Below, piece by piece: positions 50,110 through 62,760 of a stretch of 64,000 bases of DNA. The position numbers and the translations under genes were made by a program. The DNA comes from Puccinia triticina (Eukaryota). Below the pieces are notes generated by a model, which did not search any database, was not told where the DNA came from, and saw only the letters and a list, made by a program, of their open reading frames with translations. The DNA lies in the NCBI GenBank assembly GCA_026914245.1, contig CP110440.1, positions 2,728,001 through 2,792,000 on the forward strand. The letters are read 5' to 3'. Numbering within the stretch: position 1 is the first letter of the stretch; every line of letters starts with the position of its first letter.

Positions 50110-53100
50110 ACGAAGCCGACGTGGGAAGCATCATTGCGCCATTGTTCGGCGTACAGCGTACCTCATCGCCTCGGGCCATGTAATAAGACGTGCGCCAGCT
50201 GTGCTGCGCTCCATTGGAAAGACGAAGCCATCATCATTGACCGGCCAAAAAAGAACGTAATGTACACAATGTGCTGTCAAAAAAATAAGGTGACAATACC
50301 ATTTGCCGACAATTCTGCGCGCAAGTATCCTGAATTCTTGAGACAGCTACTCATCAGGAAGGACGAAGGTTAGATTTTCGCCTGACCCTCAACAAGCAAA
50401 GTATTGATTGAGTTAAATTTGTAGATTCGATTCATTTTCAACAGTTGGCGCGCATGTACAACAATGCTGTTTCTTTCACGTCTCTCGGGGCAACTATTGA
50501 CCCATCTGTCCAAGGACCGTATGGCTTAAATGTTTTCAAAGTCTCCGGGGCTCTTACGCACTTGATTTCTAGCTTGGAGCCCACAGCCGGTGGTGACCCC
50601 GGGTTCGCGCAAATTTATGTTGTTGGGGACAAAGGACTTCGCGAGGCCGAATTCCGAGTTGACAAAGCACGGGGCATCAATGGAGACATCGGGAGGGCAT
50701 CACATATGGATCCTAATCTCGTACTCAAGCTTATGCAGTTTTTGTCGGCAAATAATCCTTACACTAAAACGTTCTGTTCAGCGAAAGAGATACTTGAAAG
50801 GTCGAACGCGAAAACAATCAAATTGCAAGGCGTCCCAACAGCAGGAGCGGACCCGAAACGTTACAACTGCCCAACAGTCGACGAAGTGGCAGCAATTGTG
50901 CATGGAGCTGGGGAGATTATAAGACCGCGCCAAATCGTGCTACACCGCAAAGATAACACTCTAGAATCCATATCGACTGATCACTCCTCTTACTTTCCTC
51001 TTTGTTACCCAATTTTCTTTCTGTACGGTGAACAACAGTGGGACGATTTATTCGCATCCTCAACTTCACGCGGTAAGCCTATTGAACATCACCTTATTAC
51101 TTTTTCTTGAACTGAATTTAAATGAATATAGTCGTGAACAGGAAAGTCGGCGCACTTGAGTGGTTTTCATTTATGCTCTTCAGACGGAAAAAGAAATTCA
51201 ACCCTATACTTGCAGGCCGGTCACTTCAACAAGAGATAATTGTCGACATGTATATTTCAGTTGAGGGCGGTAGATTAAGTTTCATCGTTAACAATCAAAA
51301 AAAACTGAAAGTCAGCCAGTATAACCGCCTGCTCAAGTCGCTTTAAAACCAGTCTACAATCACGGGTCGATGTGTTATCTTACCTGCAACTTTTATCGGA
51401 AGTCCCCGCGGGATGGCTCAACTTTACCATGATGCAATGGCGATAACCCGGAAGTTCGGACCACCGTCTTTATTTATAACGATGACTGCAAACCCTAATT
51501 GGCCTGAAATACGGGCGGAGATACCCAGCAACAACAGTTCTATCGATCATTTGACTGTGGTGACACGAGTCTTCTACTTGAAGATGTGTTACTTATTGTT
51601 CATACTCTTGAAGATGGATTGCCTTGGAAGAGTCATTGCGTTTGTATTTACGGTAGAATTCCAAAAACGGGGATTACCTCACCTGCACTTGATGCTCACA
51701 CTCCACGAAGACAACCGCCCAACAACTCCGGAACTAATCGATGAGATCGTATCTGCAGAAATTCCTGATCAGTCATCGTCACCAGAACTGTATGCTGTAG
51801 TGTTGGAGTTTATGCTCCACGGGCCTTGTAAGGGCAGGCCATGCTGGAATGGGAAATCATGCAAGTTGGGATACCCAAAACCGTTCAGCGACAGGACGGT
51901 TAATGTGGATGGGGCGTATCCTGTATATTTGCGCCGCAATACTGGCCGGGTCGTCAAGAAGCATACATCAACGTTCGATAATGGCTCTGTTGTACCTTAC
52001 TGTCCGTTTCTCACGAGGACATTCAATTGTCACATAAATGTGGAGGTACCTGTTAACACTTTGGCAATCAAATACTTGTATAAATATATTACGAAGGGAC
52101 ATGACCAGTTGACGATGTCGGTCGATGACGGCGACGAAGTAAAGGCTTATATTGAAGGGCGTTATATCAGCGCTCCGGAAGGTTAGTTTCTTTGATTCAT
52201 CCATTAGACTATTGATTGACCCGATGAATTAGCCTGCTGGCGTTTGTTTAAGTTCCCGCTCTCGGGTCAATCCCCTTCCGTAACAAGACTGAACATCCAC
52301 GATAAAGACGAACAATTGGTCTATTTTGACGGCAAGGACGGACTTGAAGGTCAAATAAATACCGGGAAGGCTAGCCAAACGTCGTTGACCATGTTCTATC
52401 AGTTGAATATCGACGACGCAATTGGTGCCGATGGGCGACACGCTTGGACATTGTTTTACGAAGAAATCCCGGGCTACTTCTCATGGAACAAGTCAAGCCA
52501 ACAGTGGATCCCTCGTAAGACAAAAGTTGACGTTGTTGGCCGGATTTTTTCAGTATCGTATCTCGCAGGGGCAAAATTCTACCTGCGTGTCCTTCTCCTT
52601 CATCGTAAAGGGATAATCTCATTCGAGGATCTCAGAACGGTTGAGGGCGTGCTTTGTGAAGATTACCGGGCAGCGTGTAATGAGCTAGGGCTACTTGTCA
52701 ACGACTTTCTTTACGATGAAGCGCTTCGGGAAGCGTCTTGTGTCCGAACGGGATATCAGCTGACTCGATTTTTTGCAATGATGTGCATCCACTCTCCTCC
52801 ATCCAACCCAGTAATTTTGTTCAAGAAACACTTTATCAACTTCACCGATGACTGTTCGCGAGTTGACATGTCGAAACGATTTTCGCGGCAGTTGAGTTCA
52901 AAGGAACGTTGAGTAATGGCTATGTTCAGATTGCAAGAGCTTCTGGTAGGAATGGGGGGAGACTTGTCGGCTGCAGGATTACAACTCAAGAAAAGGGAAG
53001 TGAGAGTTTTGAAAAGAATGCAAGCCGAGGCAATTGGCGAAGAGGATCGGAGAACTATAAAAGCTCGACTTTCTCATAATGCACGAGCGTTTAACACAAA

Positions 53101-54589
53101 CCAGCAGGCGTTTTTTGACCAAGTGAAATCTTCCTTGACACAAACAGGCGGCAAAATGTTTTATCTCGACGGGCCCGGTGGGACTGGCAAGACGTTCGTC
53201 CGCAACGCTTTGATTGACATGTGTCATTTGGAGGGCGCGCTGTTATCAGTCGTCGCGTCGTCCGGCGTTGCAGCATTACTCTTGAAGGGTGGTCAAACGG
53301 CTCATTTGGCTTTCAATATTCCGGTTGACGTCGTCAAGGGAGGAGAATGCCCAATTGATTCGGAAACAATACTAGGTGAATCATTAAGGGCAACTCAAGT
53401 GATCATTTGGGATGAGGCCGTCACGATCCATAAATATGCGATTGAGGCTGTGAATAGGACGCTAATGCGTCTATGTGATTCGAACTTGAGTTTTGGTGGG
53501 AAAGTGGTCATATTCTCAGGAGACTTCCGCCAAATTCTTCCCGTGGTCAAATACAATCAGTATCCGCCGGCTTGGGGTGCAACAATCAAATCTTCGATGA
53601 TTTGGCAACATGTCTTAAAGTTTCATCTAACCGAAAACATGAGACTCGCGCGGGCACTGCAGGGCAAACAGAAATCGAAGAACATCAAGTTCAGCAAAGC
53701 ACTCTTGGCTCTTGGTGAAGGTGTTAATCAATCGAAGGATTTCAGCGTAATTGATCTGCCGGATGTGGCCATCAAGTCATTGTTGACTAAAGATGAAATG
53801 CGCCAAGAGTTGATTAAGTTTGTTTATAGCGATCTCAATAAAGTACACACGGAGGGGCTTAACTCTTGTGTTGAGTACTTAAACCAACGCTGCATACTTG
53901 CTCCCCTCAACCGCGACGTCAGAAAATTGAACCGCGACATAGCGGCTCGCTTGCCGGGGGTTTCGAGGATTCTTAAGTCTATCGATACACCTGATCCTGA
54001 TTCATTTGGCGCCCTTCCTGAAGAGTGCCTGAATAAGATATTGATCTCCGGTTTCCCTGAACACGAAATCGAAATCAAAGTTGGTATGCCGCTTGTTGTC
54101 ATTCGGAACATTGCTATCAAAGAAGGCGTCTGCAATGGTTCACGTATAGTGGTGAAGGATTTTGGAGCTAGCTTTATCATTGCATGCCTTATGTTGGGCC
54201 CCTTCGCTGGTAAAGAAATAACCTTACCTCGTGTCAAATTACATAACGCCGGCGATGCTCGGTCGGGCCTCTCATTTTTTTGGTACCAGTTTCCAGTGGC
54301 TCCTGCATACGCGATGTCGGTAAACAAAAGTCAAGGCCAAACGCTCAATCGGGTTGGGGTTTATCTAGAAACGGACGCTTTCTCTCACGGCCAGCTTTAC
54401 GTCGCCTTGTCGCGAGTGTCAGATGTCCATAACCTGTTGGTCGTTAAACCGGCAAATTGGACCGGAATCCTCAATGTTGTGCACAAGTCGGTCTTTGATA
54501 CGGAGCCTCAGGCAAGTTTTTTGTGCTATCATGAGGAGTTTTTGATTTACTTGCTGACAATCAGAATAGGTGTCGAGTCATTCTTCTGA
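50110..54589 (+). pseudogene. Helitron Rep/Pif1-helicase (RepHel), spliced, with premature stops; 5' exons unresolved
   Basis: Zn finger CASCAALHW...MCCQKNK, RMYNNAVSFTSLGA, HUH Rep motifs LFITMTANPNWPEI, VEFQKRGLPHLHL and KYLYKYITKG; helicase GPGGTGKT, IIWDEA, GDFRQILPV, QFPV...AMSVNKSQGQT and HGQLYVALSRV; in-frame stops at ~51344 and ~52910. Confidence 0.95.
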
Positions 54590-55879
54590 CACAGATTGAT
54601 GTATGTATGTATCGGTGAGAGCCAAGAATTTGGCTCCATTATAATGTATCGGATTTCGTTGATACTCACGTTTTCGGCTTTGGGTGGTTCCTTGGTAGCG
54701 ATTTAATGTTGGATACATCGTTCTCAGGATTTACTGGAGGCATTCTGCCAGAGATTGTTTGTGGCGCTGGAGTAGCCAATTCGGCGGGGCCTTCTGCCTG
54801 GATTTATTGTGTGTGCGCAAATAATGGGTGGTCCAAATGATTAACATTTCATTTGATAACTCGTGTTTACGATGTGCTGAGCCTGAGGGCTAATCTAATC
54901 TTTTGAGCCAAGAAGGTGCATGACAATGTGGTCAAATTGGCAAGGAGGGAGGCCATCTGATTGTTGTAAACGGTGTGTTGTCGACGTTACGTCGTATATT
55001 ACATGATGATTTTCTATTTACATGAAGCGTAGGCAAATTATTTTGCCCAATTAAGTTGAAAGAATTCGTATGATGGTTGCTCGGCTTTAGCTGTTGATGA
55101 GGTGAAACGCATTTGGTCACTTTGCAATACTGCTGTGATGCTGGGGTGCATGTCATCGTGCCGCCTGCTTGTGGTGGAGAAAGGGTCCGAAGGGGTGCTG
55201 CATCAAAAGCTGTCGCCGTCTTGGGCGCGGCGCAGCTACGCAATCGTTCCGGTCGAAGCCGTGGCTATTTTCGGCTTGTCCTGGGAGACAAGTCGTCAGG
55301 GTGTGTTTGCCTTGTCGCGCCCATATGCACTGTTGCTCCGAGGCGAGTGGCATGTCGAAGGTGACAGAATGGATTGGATGTTGCCTATGTGGGTAGAAAG
55401 GGTGTCGCAATGGCGCCGGCGGAGCGATACGCCCGTCGAATGCACCCTTGTCTTCGGGGCCGTGGTACGGGACGACTCGGCACGAGCGACCGTCGCGCGC
55501 GACTGGTGGAGCGGTTTGGTGTTCCGCTCAAAGCTCGAGGGTTGGATACCTGTGGCGAGGAACGCTTAAAGTCACGGCTCTGTTGGAACAAATCGCCTGC
55601 ATATTTCACTATAGCATAATCACGTACAGATATACCGTGCAAGTTCTACAAATCTTCCTACTCCTCGTGTGAAGACTACTTAAATTTCAAACATGCCAGA
55701 AAATAACCGTTGCGTTGCGCTAACTTCTCAGAAGGTTCCGCATGCCGATAGGCTTCGATTCAGGGGGAGTGTATCGATCGAACACAACGTGAGTGCCTCA
55801 GGGGCAACGCAGCGTCTTAATGTCCTAATGGAGTGTTTTGCTGACAATCTCTGAATAGGCGTCAGTTGAAGAAGACAAT

Positions 55880-56460
55880 CATGGTATCGCGGAAACAAAT
55901 CTTCTGGGCAGCTGGATCCCCTGCACAGGTCAAGATACGGATGGGCAACGATGGTTTGGGGCCAACTTGCGGTCACACTTCTTTGCAGGGAGAAACCTCC
56001 GTGTTGGCAAAACCTATTATATGCGGGGTTCGGTTGTGAGGTCTTATGTGACATCAATAATTGAGCTTGAGTTCTACACCGCGGTGGCTTCGCCGAATGA
56101 GTATTTGTCCAACTCGGCTTCGTCATTGCGTCTTTTGGTGAACGCGGTAGGGACAATTAAAACCATCGATCAATACGAATTTGGTCTTGATGGGGAATAC
56201 ACCTATTGGTTGACTGTGGCACACGTACTTGAGGTGAGTTGCGTTGTGGAAGTTTTGACGAGCCTCAACTGACAACTGGCGGACGCACGTGGGGAGTAGG
56301 GCCATGGAGGAGTAATGACGGCGAGGTTTGTCATTAGGCATTCGGTCTGCCCCGACATCTATCTGGGGGAGCAGCTGGTCGGCTCGCGAGCGTGGTTCAC
56401 CGGTCGGCTTAATGGGAGCAGTGTGGTAACCGGCGAGCCGGTTGTATACGTGAGTCGGAA
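55880..56460 (+). pseudogene. Degenerate paralog of the Helitron OB-fold-like gene
   Basis: LRVGKTYYMRGSV...VNAVGTIKTI...WLTVAH parallels LEPGTIYSISGKM...ITSLGMVTH...LEVTVAH, followed by a similarly placed GTGAGT donor. Confidence 0.5.
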
Positions 56461-57735
56461 TCTTGGCTGATGTGGTGATGAATCACGGCTTACGAGGAAT
56501 TATTCCATGGTGGGCAGGTGGAATCCGGTCGTATTGAGTTTTCGGGATGATGTTTGGTGTTCTCGTGTCGGGGCCGGGTGGGCGGTTTTGAATCATATGT
56601 TGTGGTGGCGATGTTTGTGTGCGGGTGGCAAATGTTGGGTGAACTTGTGTGCAACGATGATGGCTTCTCGCCGGATGTTTGGCGATCTTGAGACGAGTGG
56701 CGAGGGGAGGGGGAGTGCCGATCGGGGGGGATCGTGAGGGTTCGGTGTACAGGCCCCATGCCTTCTGCGACCGTCTGGCGGGCGGCGGAGGGGACGGGGA
56801 CGCGCAGCGGGCTGTTGGGTCTGGTGGGCGTACAGTGCCCCCCACGACTTCTCAACTACCCCGCGCCTGCAAAAAAAAATTGAACTTTGAACAATGTGTT
56901 CAAAGTCACAAGGCATGTATCACATGTAAACTATACATTTTTGAGCCCTACAGAAGTAGGAGAACTCAAAAATATAACTTTGAAGTCTGTGCAATTCCTC
57001 AAGAAAAAGTTTCATTTTTTCAGATGCAAAATTTGGAACAGCTGGTTTTAAGACCATAGAATGTGGTTACAGAAGTGTACTATGGACTTATAGACTATTT
57101 ATTATGTATTTAGAGACTAGAATATCCATGTACATACATAATACAGGTGTAGGTATTTATGTAAATATGTACCTCCTTAGTTATTGACGATTCCCAGATC
57201 CATCAGTACACTCCATGGAATGCGGCAATGTGAAGAATATTTCTTCATTGCTCTCTTGGCAGCGGGTCCAGTAAAATTTCAATAAATTTGGCATATTATC
57301 ATGCATGTTCCCAGGTCAGGTTGTTGAAATGTGACATTTGCATCAAAAAATGGGCCAAAAAAAGCTCAGCATCAGCCCACTTTTAATTTTTTTTTTGGAA
57401 AAAAAAATCTCCAAAATTTGGAACCCCCCTGTAGGGGTAGTTGACAAGTCGTGGGGGGCACTGTAGCCTGCAGGTGGGGTTTTGGTTTCTTGGCGTGGGC
57501 TGTTGCCTTGGGGGTGAATGGGCGAGGGTGGGCTCTGGGGATTGGTGCCCGCAGCGGCGCAGCCGCCTTGGTCTCTAGTGTATGAGTGACTATAGGTGAT
57601 ATGAGGTGTAGAATCTGAGTATGCAATAATAAGGAGGTATTTGTGAAGGTTTATGGGGAAATGGGCAGTTTAATGATGAATATATGTAAAAGAAGATAAT
57701 AAAATACTACTTATGGTTTGGAATGGAGCACCACA

Positions 57736-58012
57736 GCGGTGGACGGAATGCTCAAGGAAATGTTGGATCTACTGGTGCCAAAAGTCACTGTATCTGAATT
57801 GTTGGCTGTGGCTCCGTCGGTAGCCAAAGGAATGAAGAAATGGGTGTCTTGTAGGCGCGTGGAGATTGGTTTGGAGGAGATGAAGGTGGCGTCTGGGTCT
57901 CTGGTGGAAGACTCAGAAGGGGAAGGACGGATCAATGGCATGAAGCTTTACTCTTGCCCGTTGGGGTATATTACCTGTCTGGTTGGCAACAAGGATAGTA
58001 ATGCTCTCCCTT
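57736..58012 (+). pseudogene. Gypsy-type gag/pre-protease remnant (3' part)
   Basis: AVDGMLKEMLDLLVPKVTVSELLAVAPSVAKGMKKWVSCRRV...YSCPLGYI continues the frame broken at 43674. Confidence 0.75.
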
Positions 58013-58363
58013 TACACCAGGGAAGCTTTGGGGGCACTCCCCAGGCAGTGCCACAGCTGAATTTGGGGTTAGTTTCTGACTGAACTGGGGCAGAAGTCCT
58101 TACAATGTGATGGTAAATTGTTCAATTACTGAGCAAGAACTATAGACAAATCTAGTTTGGAGTGATATGTAACTGTTGGACGTGAAAAGTTCTACATTTT
58201 AAAATCAAGTAGCTCTTGCTTATCCATTTTTTTTTTACATTGGGGTGAACTGCCTTCATCAAATATATATCACACTCGAAATGCAACTGCCTAGATTTGG
58301 ATAAAGAAAGTATCAGAAGTGCAAAACATTTTAATATTTTCACAAGAGCAGTAGAACTGTATT

Positions 58364-59149
58364 TTGTCTGGGTACACAAGGGTGACGCAGTTCATAAATC
58401 ACTCAGCTGCAAATGCCCCTCTGTTCCAAAAAATTTGCTATTGAAGTGTGATTTGTCACCCTATTGTACGTGCGTACAATAGGGTGACAAATCATGTTCC
58501 ATCAGGGCAGTTACACTAATTTTTCTTAAATTTTACCCTCATTTACTCGGCAGAAGTCCCTTTCTGGTCTGAAAAGTTTGTGATTTGTCACCTTATTGTA
58601 CGCGCGTACAATAGGGTGACAAATCACAAACTGTTCAGACCAGAGGGAAATTTTTGCCCAGTAAATCAGGGTGAAATGGTTTGGAAGCAATTCAGCTGGA
58701 CATGTCCCTCTGGTCTGAAAATTGTGTGATTTGTCACCCTAGTACAATAGAGTGACAAATCACACACAAGTCATACACTTTCCAGACCAGAAGGATATTT
58801 CTAGCAGAATTTTTTCCAAACCGCGTCACCCTCATTTAATTGGCAAAAATTCACCCTTGGTCTGAAAAGTATGTGATATGTCACCCTATTGTACGTGCGT
58901 ACAATAGGGTGACAAATCAGGCACTTTTGCGGCCAGAGGGGGACTTCTGCCGAGTAAATGAGGGTAAAATTTAAGAAAAATTAATGTAACTTCCCTGATG
59001 GAATATGATTTGTCAACCTATTGTACGCACGCACAATAGGGTGACAAATCAAAGACCAATCACATTCTGTTGAGGCCACAGTAATGGGTACAGGATGATG
59101 AAATGGTTCCAACACTATTCAGGTTGACTTCACCCTTGGGTACAAACAA
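58364..59149. mobile_element. Foldback-type element with five ~50-bp palindromes
   Basis: gtgatttgtcaccctattgtacg-t-gcgtacaatagggtgacaaatca at ~58448, 58580, 58726, 58872 and 59007; the spacers mirror each other; outer imperfect TIR. Confidence 0.8.
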
Positions 59150-59699
59150 TGTGTGAGTGGTACTTTACACTTTAGTTAAACTTTGGTTACAGGCACTTTG
59201 TGTTCTGTGTTCCAGTCTAGTTACTAATGATTTACAGAAGAGTTCCAGCTGAGTTATGGATACTTCATCCCAACCAGGGATTTCCCAGTTTCTGAAAAAA
59301 AAAATTCCAGCACTTCCCACAACCTGAGGGCTTCCATAGCGAGCTGAAACTCCGGAGCCCTGGTCCATTTCCTCTCATCAAGATGCTCTATTTATACCTT
59401 TCAAATCCTCTCGCTCAACGCCGCCGCCGCACACAAACATCGGCCCCAATTATATTGTATTCGTAAGGCCATTGTTCCTGTTCTTTGTTCCCTATTCCCC
59501 ATTTCCATCTGCATCACACCAATCAATCATTCATTTTCCTGATTTGTGTTTTTCCCAAACCTCCCTACCTCTATCCCCTGATCAAACAATCCATAATGCC
59601 CAGTAATGCAGCTTCTTCCTTTACCAAATCAATTATTGATGAGGTTCCACATTGTTCACCCGGAAACGTTGACCAACCAACACAAATCCAGCCTGTCCT

Positions 59700-60115
59700 C
59701 AACCGCAATACGAAGTTGTTGCTCACAATTCCAGGCAGAAATACCAATTCGTACGCTCCTCTGCCTGTAATTCTTCATCAATCAAGACCGGGACTGGAAA
59801 CTCTTCTCACCTCAAATTCACCTACGCGCACCCCTTTTCCCTTTATTTGAGTGTGTGTTCATATGTCAGCCGAACCCCTCAAGAGTCAATGCTACCGCCG
59901 TTCACGTCCAATCAGAACTGCAATAGGAAGGCGTTGCCCACAATTCCAGGCAGAAATACCAATTCGTACGCTCCTCTGCCCGTAATTATTATTCAATCAA
60001 GACTGGGACTGGAAACACTACTTGCCTCAAATTCAACTACCCGCACCCCTCCTCCCTTTTTCTGAGACTGTGTTCATATCTCAGCCGAACTTCTCCAGAG
60101 CCGATGCTACCGCCG
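59700..60115. repeat. ~215-bp direct tandem duplication
   Basis: cacaattccaggcagaaataccaattcgtacgctcctctgcc...tgtgttcatat-tcagccgaac occurs twice. Confidence 0.85.
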
Positions 60116-60499
60116 TACTCAGAATCACCCCACCTCACGTTATAAATACCACTCCACTCAGTCTCATTACAACCTAAACAAACATCAATGTTGAAAACCA
60201 CAAATTGTCACAGAGCTATGGAGATTCCACCACCTACCATTACCGCTACTCTTCCTTTGTCATCCCTCTGCTATGTCCCCTCTTGATCCCAATTTCTCAC
60301 ATTTCTATTTGACACATCCGCGGTCAAACTCCATCCCTCCTCCAAAACAATTCTACCCCCTCTCTATAAAATCAAACTCTGCCGCACCTCCGAAACACCT
60401 CTACCTTCTGACTCCTCCTTACAATTCAACAGTTTCCTGGATTTATCTTCTATATCAAATTCATGCCTCACTATTGACATAATTGTCCCAATTAATCAA

Positions 60500-62760
60500 T
60501 GGGAGATCCGACCCACTGTCCCTGAACCATCCACTACTTCCATAGCCATTCAAGGTTTTCTACATATTCTGGTCATATCCCAACAAATCTACGCACATTC
60601 ACCGGTCACTGGGCCCGTAGGTTTTCTCAATCCTATGTCATACCACCCCCTTAGACTTCAACGGCTCAATCCGTATTCCAGAGTGGTCCTCTATTTGTCC
60701 TCCACCTAGGACCTGAAGTTTCTCTCGACACCAACAATCAACTCCTACCCACTAATCTCATCAATTTCGCAGGAATCATCGCCGGTTACATCAGACGAAG
60801 CCCCACATAATAGTATGTATCTACATGACTTCTTATCATTCACTGCTTCAGACTCATCTACTTGTCCAAATATTTTCCCCAGGTCCATTCTTTACATCCT
60901 ACCCTAGATATCAACCTCCTCATTCCTACCACTCTTGGTCCCATTATTCAATGAACAGTTTTATATTCACAATCACTGCATCCAATTCCCTAAGCATAAC
61001 CATTGTATTCCTACTCAAATTTCACATGTAGTTATCAGTCCTAGACCTTTCCTTCACGTACTCATCTTGACGTCTTCAATTGCTGGGTTGTTCTCAAAAA
61101 TGTAGCTTTGCAATTCATTGTATCACCCAACTTGCAATGGAAATAAACACAACTCAATTCTTTTCCAAAACAAAATCAGGGACCCAAACCCTAGCACACA
61201 GCCACCCCTGTGCAACTCGTGCCCAGCACCAGGAAAAAACAATGATCACTTGTCTGCAAGTGACATCAAAAAGTACAAAGGCCCCTTTGTACTTTGCTAT
61301 GTCACTTGTTGGCAAGTGATCATTCTTTTTTCCTGGTGCAGGACATGTCTCCCTTTACCTCTACTCACCTCAAATCAGCCATGACCCCTTACCGCTCATC
61401 CTATACAGATCCTGTCATGTCATAATTTCCCAGTCAATGCCTCATGTCCATTTCCCTCCACCTCCCACTAAATTTCCTCCTTGCATTACAAACGCCAAAC
61501 TCTCCTCAGAAGCCTATCCGCTTTTTAAATTGGTTCAACCCAAGCCCCACGCGCCCACAAAACAACCTTACAGACTATCTTGAAGCTCAAAAGTCATCCA
61601 TCATTGTGTCTGTGAAAGAATCCAGTTCCGACACCCCCATGCTTAATTCCACAAACTCATCCAATGAGGAGCTAAAATTGTTCAAACATACAGTACCATT
61701 ACCGATTCCCCCATGCATAGAACCCTTGGCAATTCCCAGAATTAGCGCATGAATTAAAGTTGTCTCTATTGCACCCCACCCCATGGGTGCCTTATCCGGT
61801 GACACAAACGTAAAGCAAATCATATTCCGCAACTAGCTTTCTAATTCTAAACTTATCCTTCTCCCAGCAACCAGATCTTATTCTGTTACCAAATAGCAAT
61901 GTCTTTGACATCACAAAAGTCATTCCGCAACTCGTCATTACCAGTCGCGTATGGTTAACAGGTCAAGTTCTTCGCATTGAGCGTCAATACATATTTGTTG
62001 AAGTTTGTCATAGCCTTTTACGCTTCATACACCAACCCTTCGACCACTGTCTTTTATTGTTTAGCCTGATTGTGTCAGCTATACTGGCCCTTGAAATAGA
62101 GTCTCCGAAAATGGTAATTTCTCAATTATCCGTAACAATTTCCTAAATTACGCTCAAATTTTTTTATGTCCCCAAATAAGTACTATTGTGAATCTCCTCA
62201 AATCAACACACACAATTCTAGCTTTTTCCGGAATTGACCGCGCTCAATTCCTAGCTTTACAATGTCTCATCTTATGCACCTGGGCAAACCTTTTCATGTA
62301 TCCAAGCCATTCCCGTCCCCCGCCTTGATGGCACTCCTCTCGACGGCAGCAATACTCACCACTCATTTCTAATTCCGGCCAGCTCCTAGGGTCACTACTC
62401 TACCACATCCTCAGCCCATAAATAAACCAACTCAGGCAACATGTTTGTCAGAGCTACATCCCCAATCCTGTACCAAATTCCTACTTTCCACATGGTTTTC
62501 ATCCGGAGTTTCACCTTTGTCGCAGATCCCCCGCGCCTTAGCAGCAATAATATATTCAAAATTGTAGACAGTACCCCTTGGAGATCCACCATCAAAGACA
62601 TGTCTCCGCTCTCCAATTTTCATTTCAAAATTTTTACATCAGCACCCCGTGGCACTGCTCCCTCTTCCGCTTCATGGCTGGTATTTGAGGGCAAAGCTAC
62701 AGCTGCCTACAATGCTTGAAACATCATAATACAATGCTACTCCTCTTCTTACCATTTTGA
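60500..62760 (+). pseudogene. Heavily decayed coding-like fragments, possibly accessory genes of another Helitron
   Basis: Broken beta-rich fragments such as ITSRVWLTGQVLRIERQYIFVEVC and SWLVFEGKA, with many stops. Confidence 0.3.

Larger units (their letters stand above)
45707..57578 (+). mobile_element. Full-length (autonomous-type, decayed) Helitron, ~11.9 kb
   Basis: a|TCCAAGTATATTAAAG 5' end; gcggcgcagccgc hairpin + CTAG|t 3' end; RepHel gene inside. Confidence 0.92.
43675..57735. mobile_element. Second TGTGG...CCACA element with 4-bp TSD GCGG; ~0.94 kb of its own sequence plus nested MITEs and a Helitron
   Basis: gcgg|TGTGGAACTACTC...GCACCACA|gcgg; excision restores DHPKAVDGMLKEML. 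Confidence 0.85.

Noticed and set aside
58440..59055. Repeat-spacer pattern resembling a CRISPR array
   Set aside because: The spacers are homologous or inverted copies of each other and the array lies inside a foldback TE
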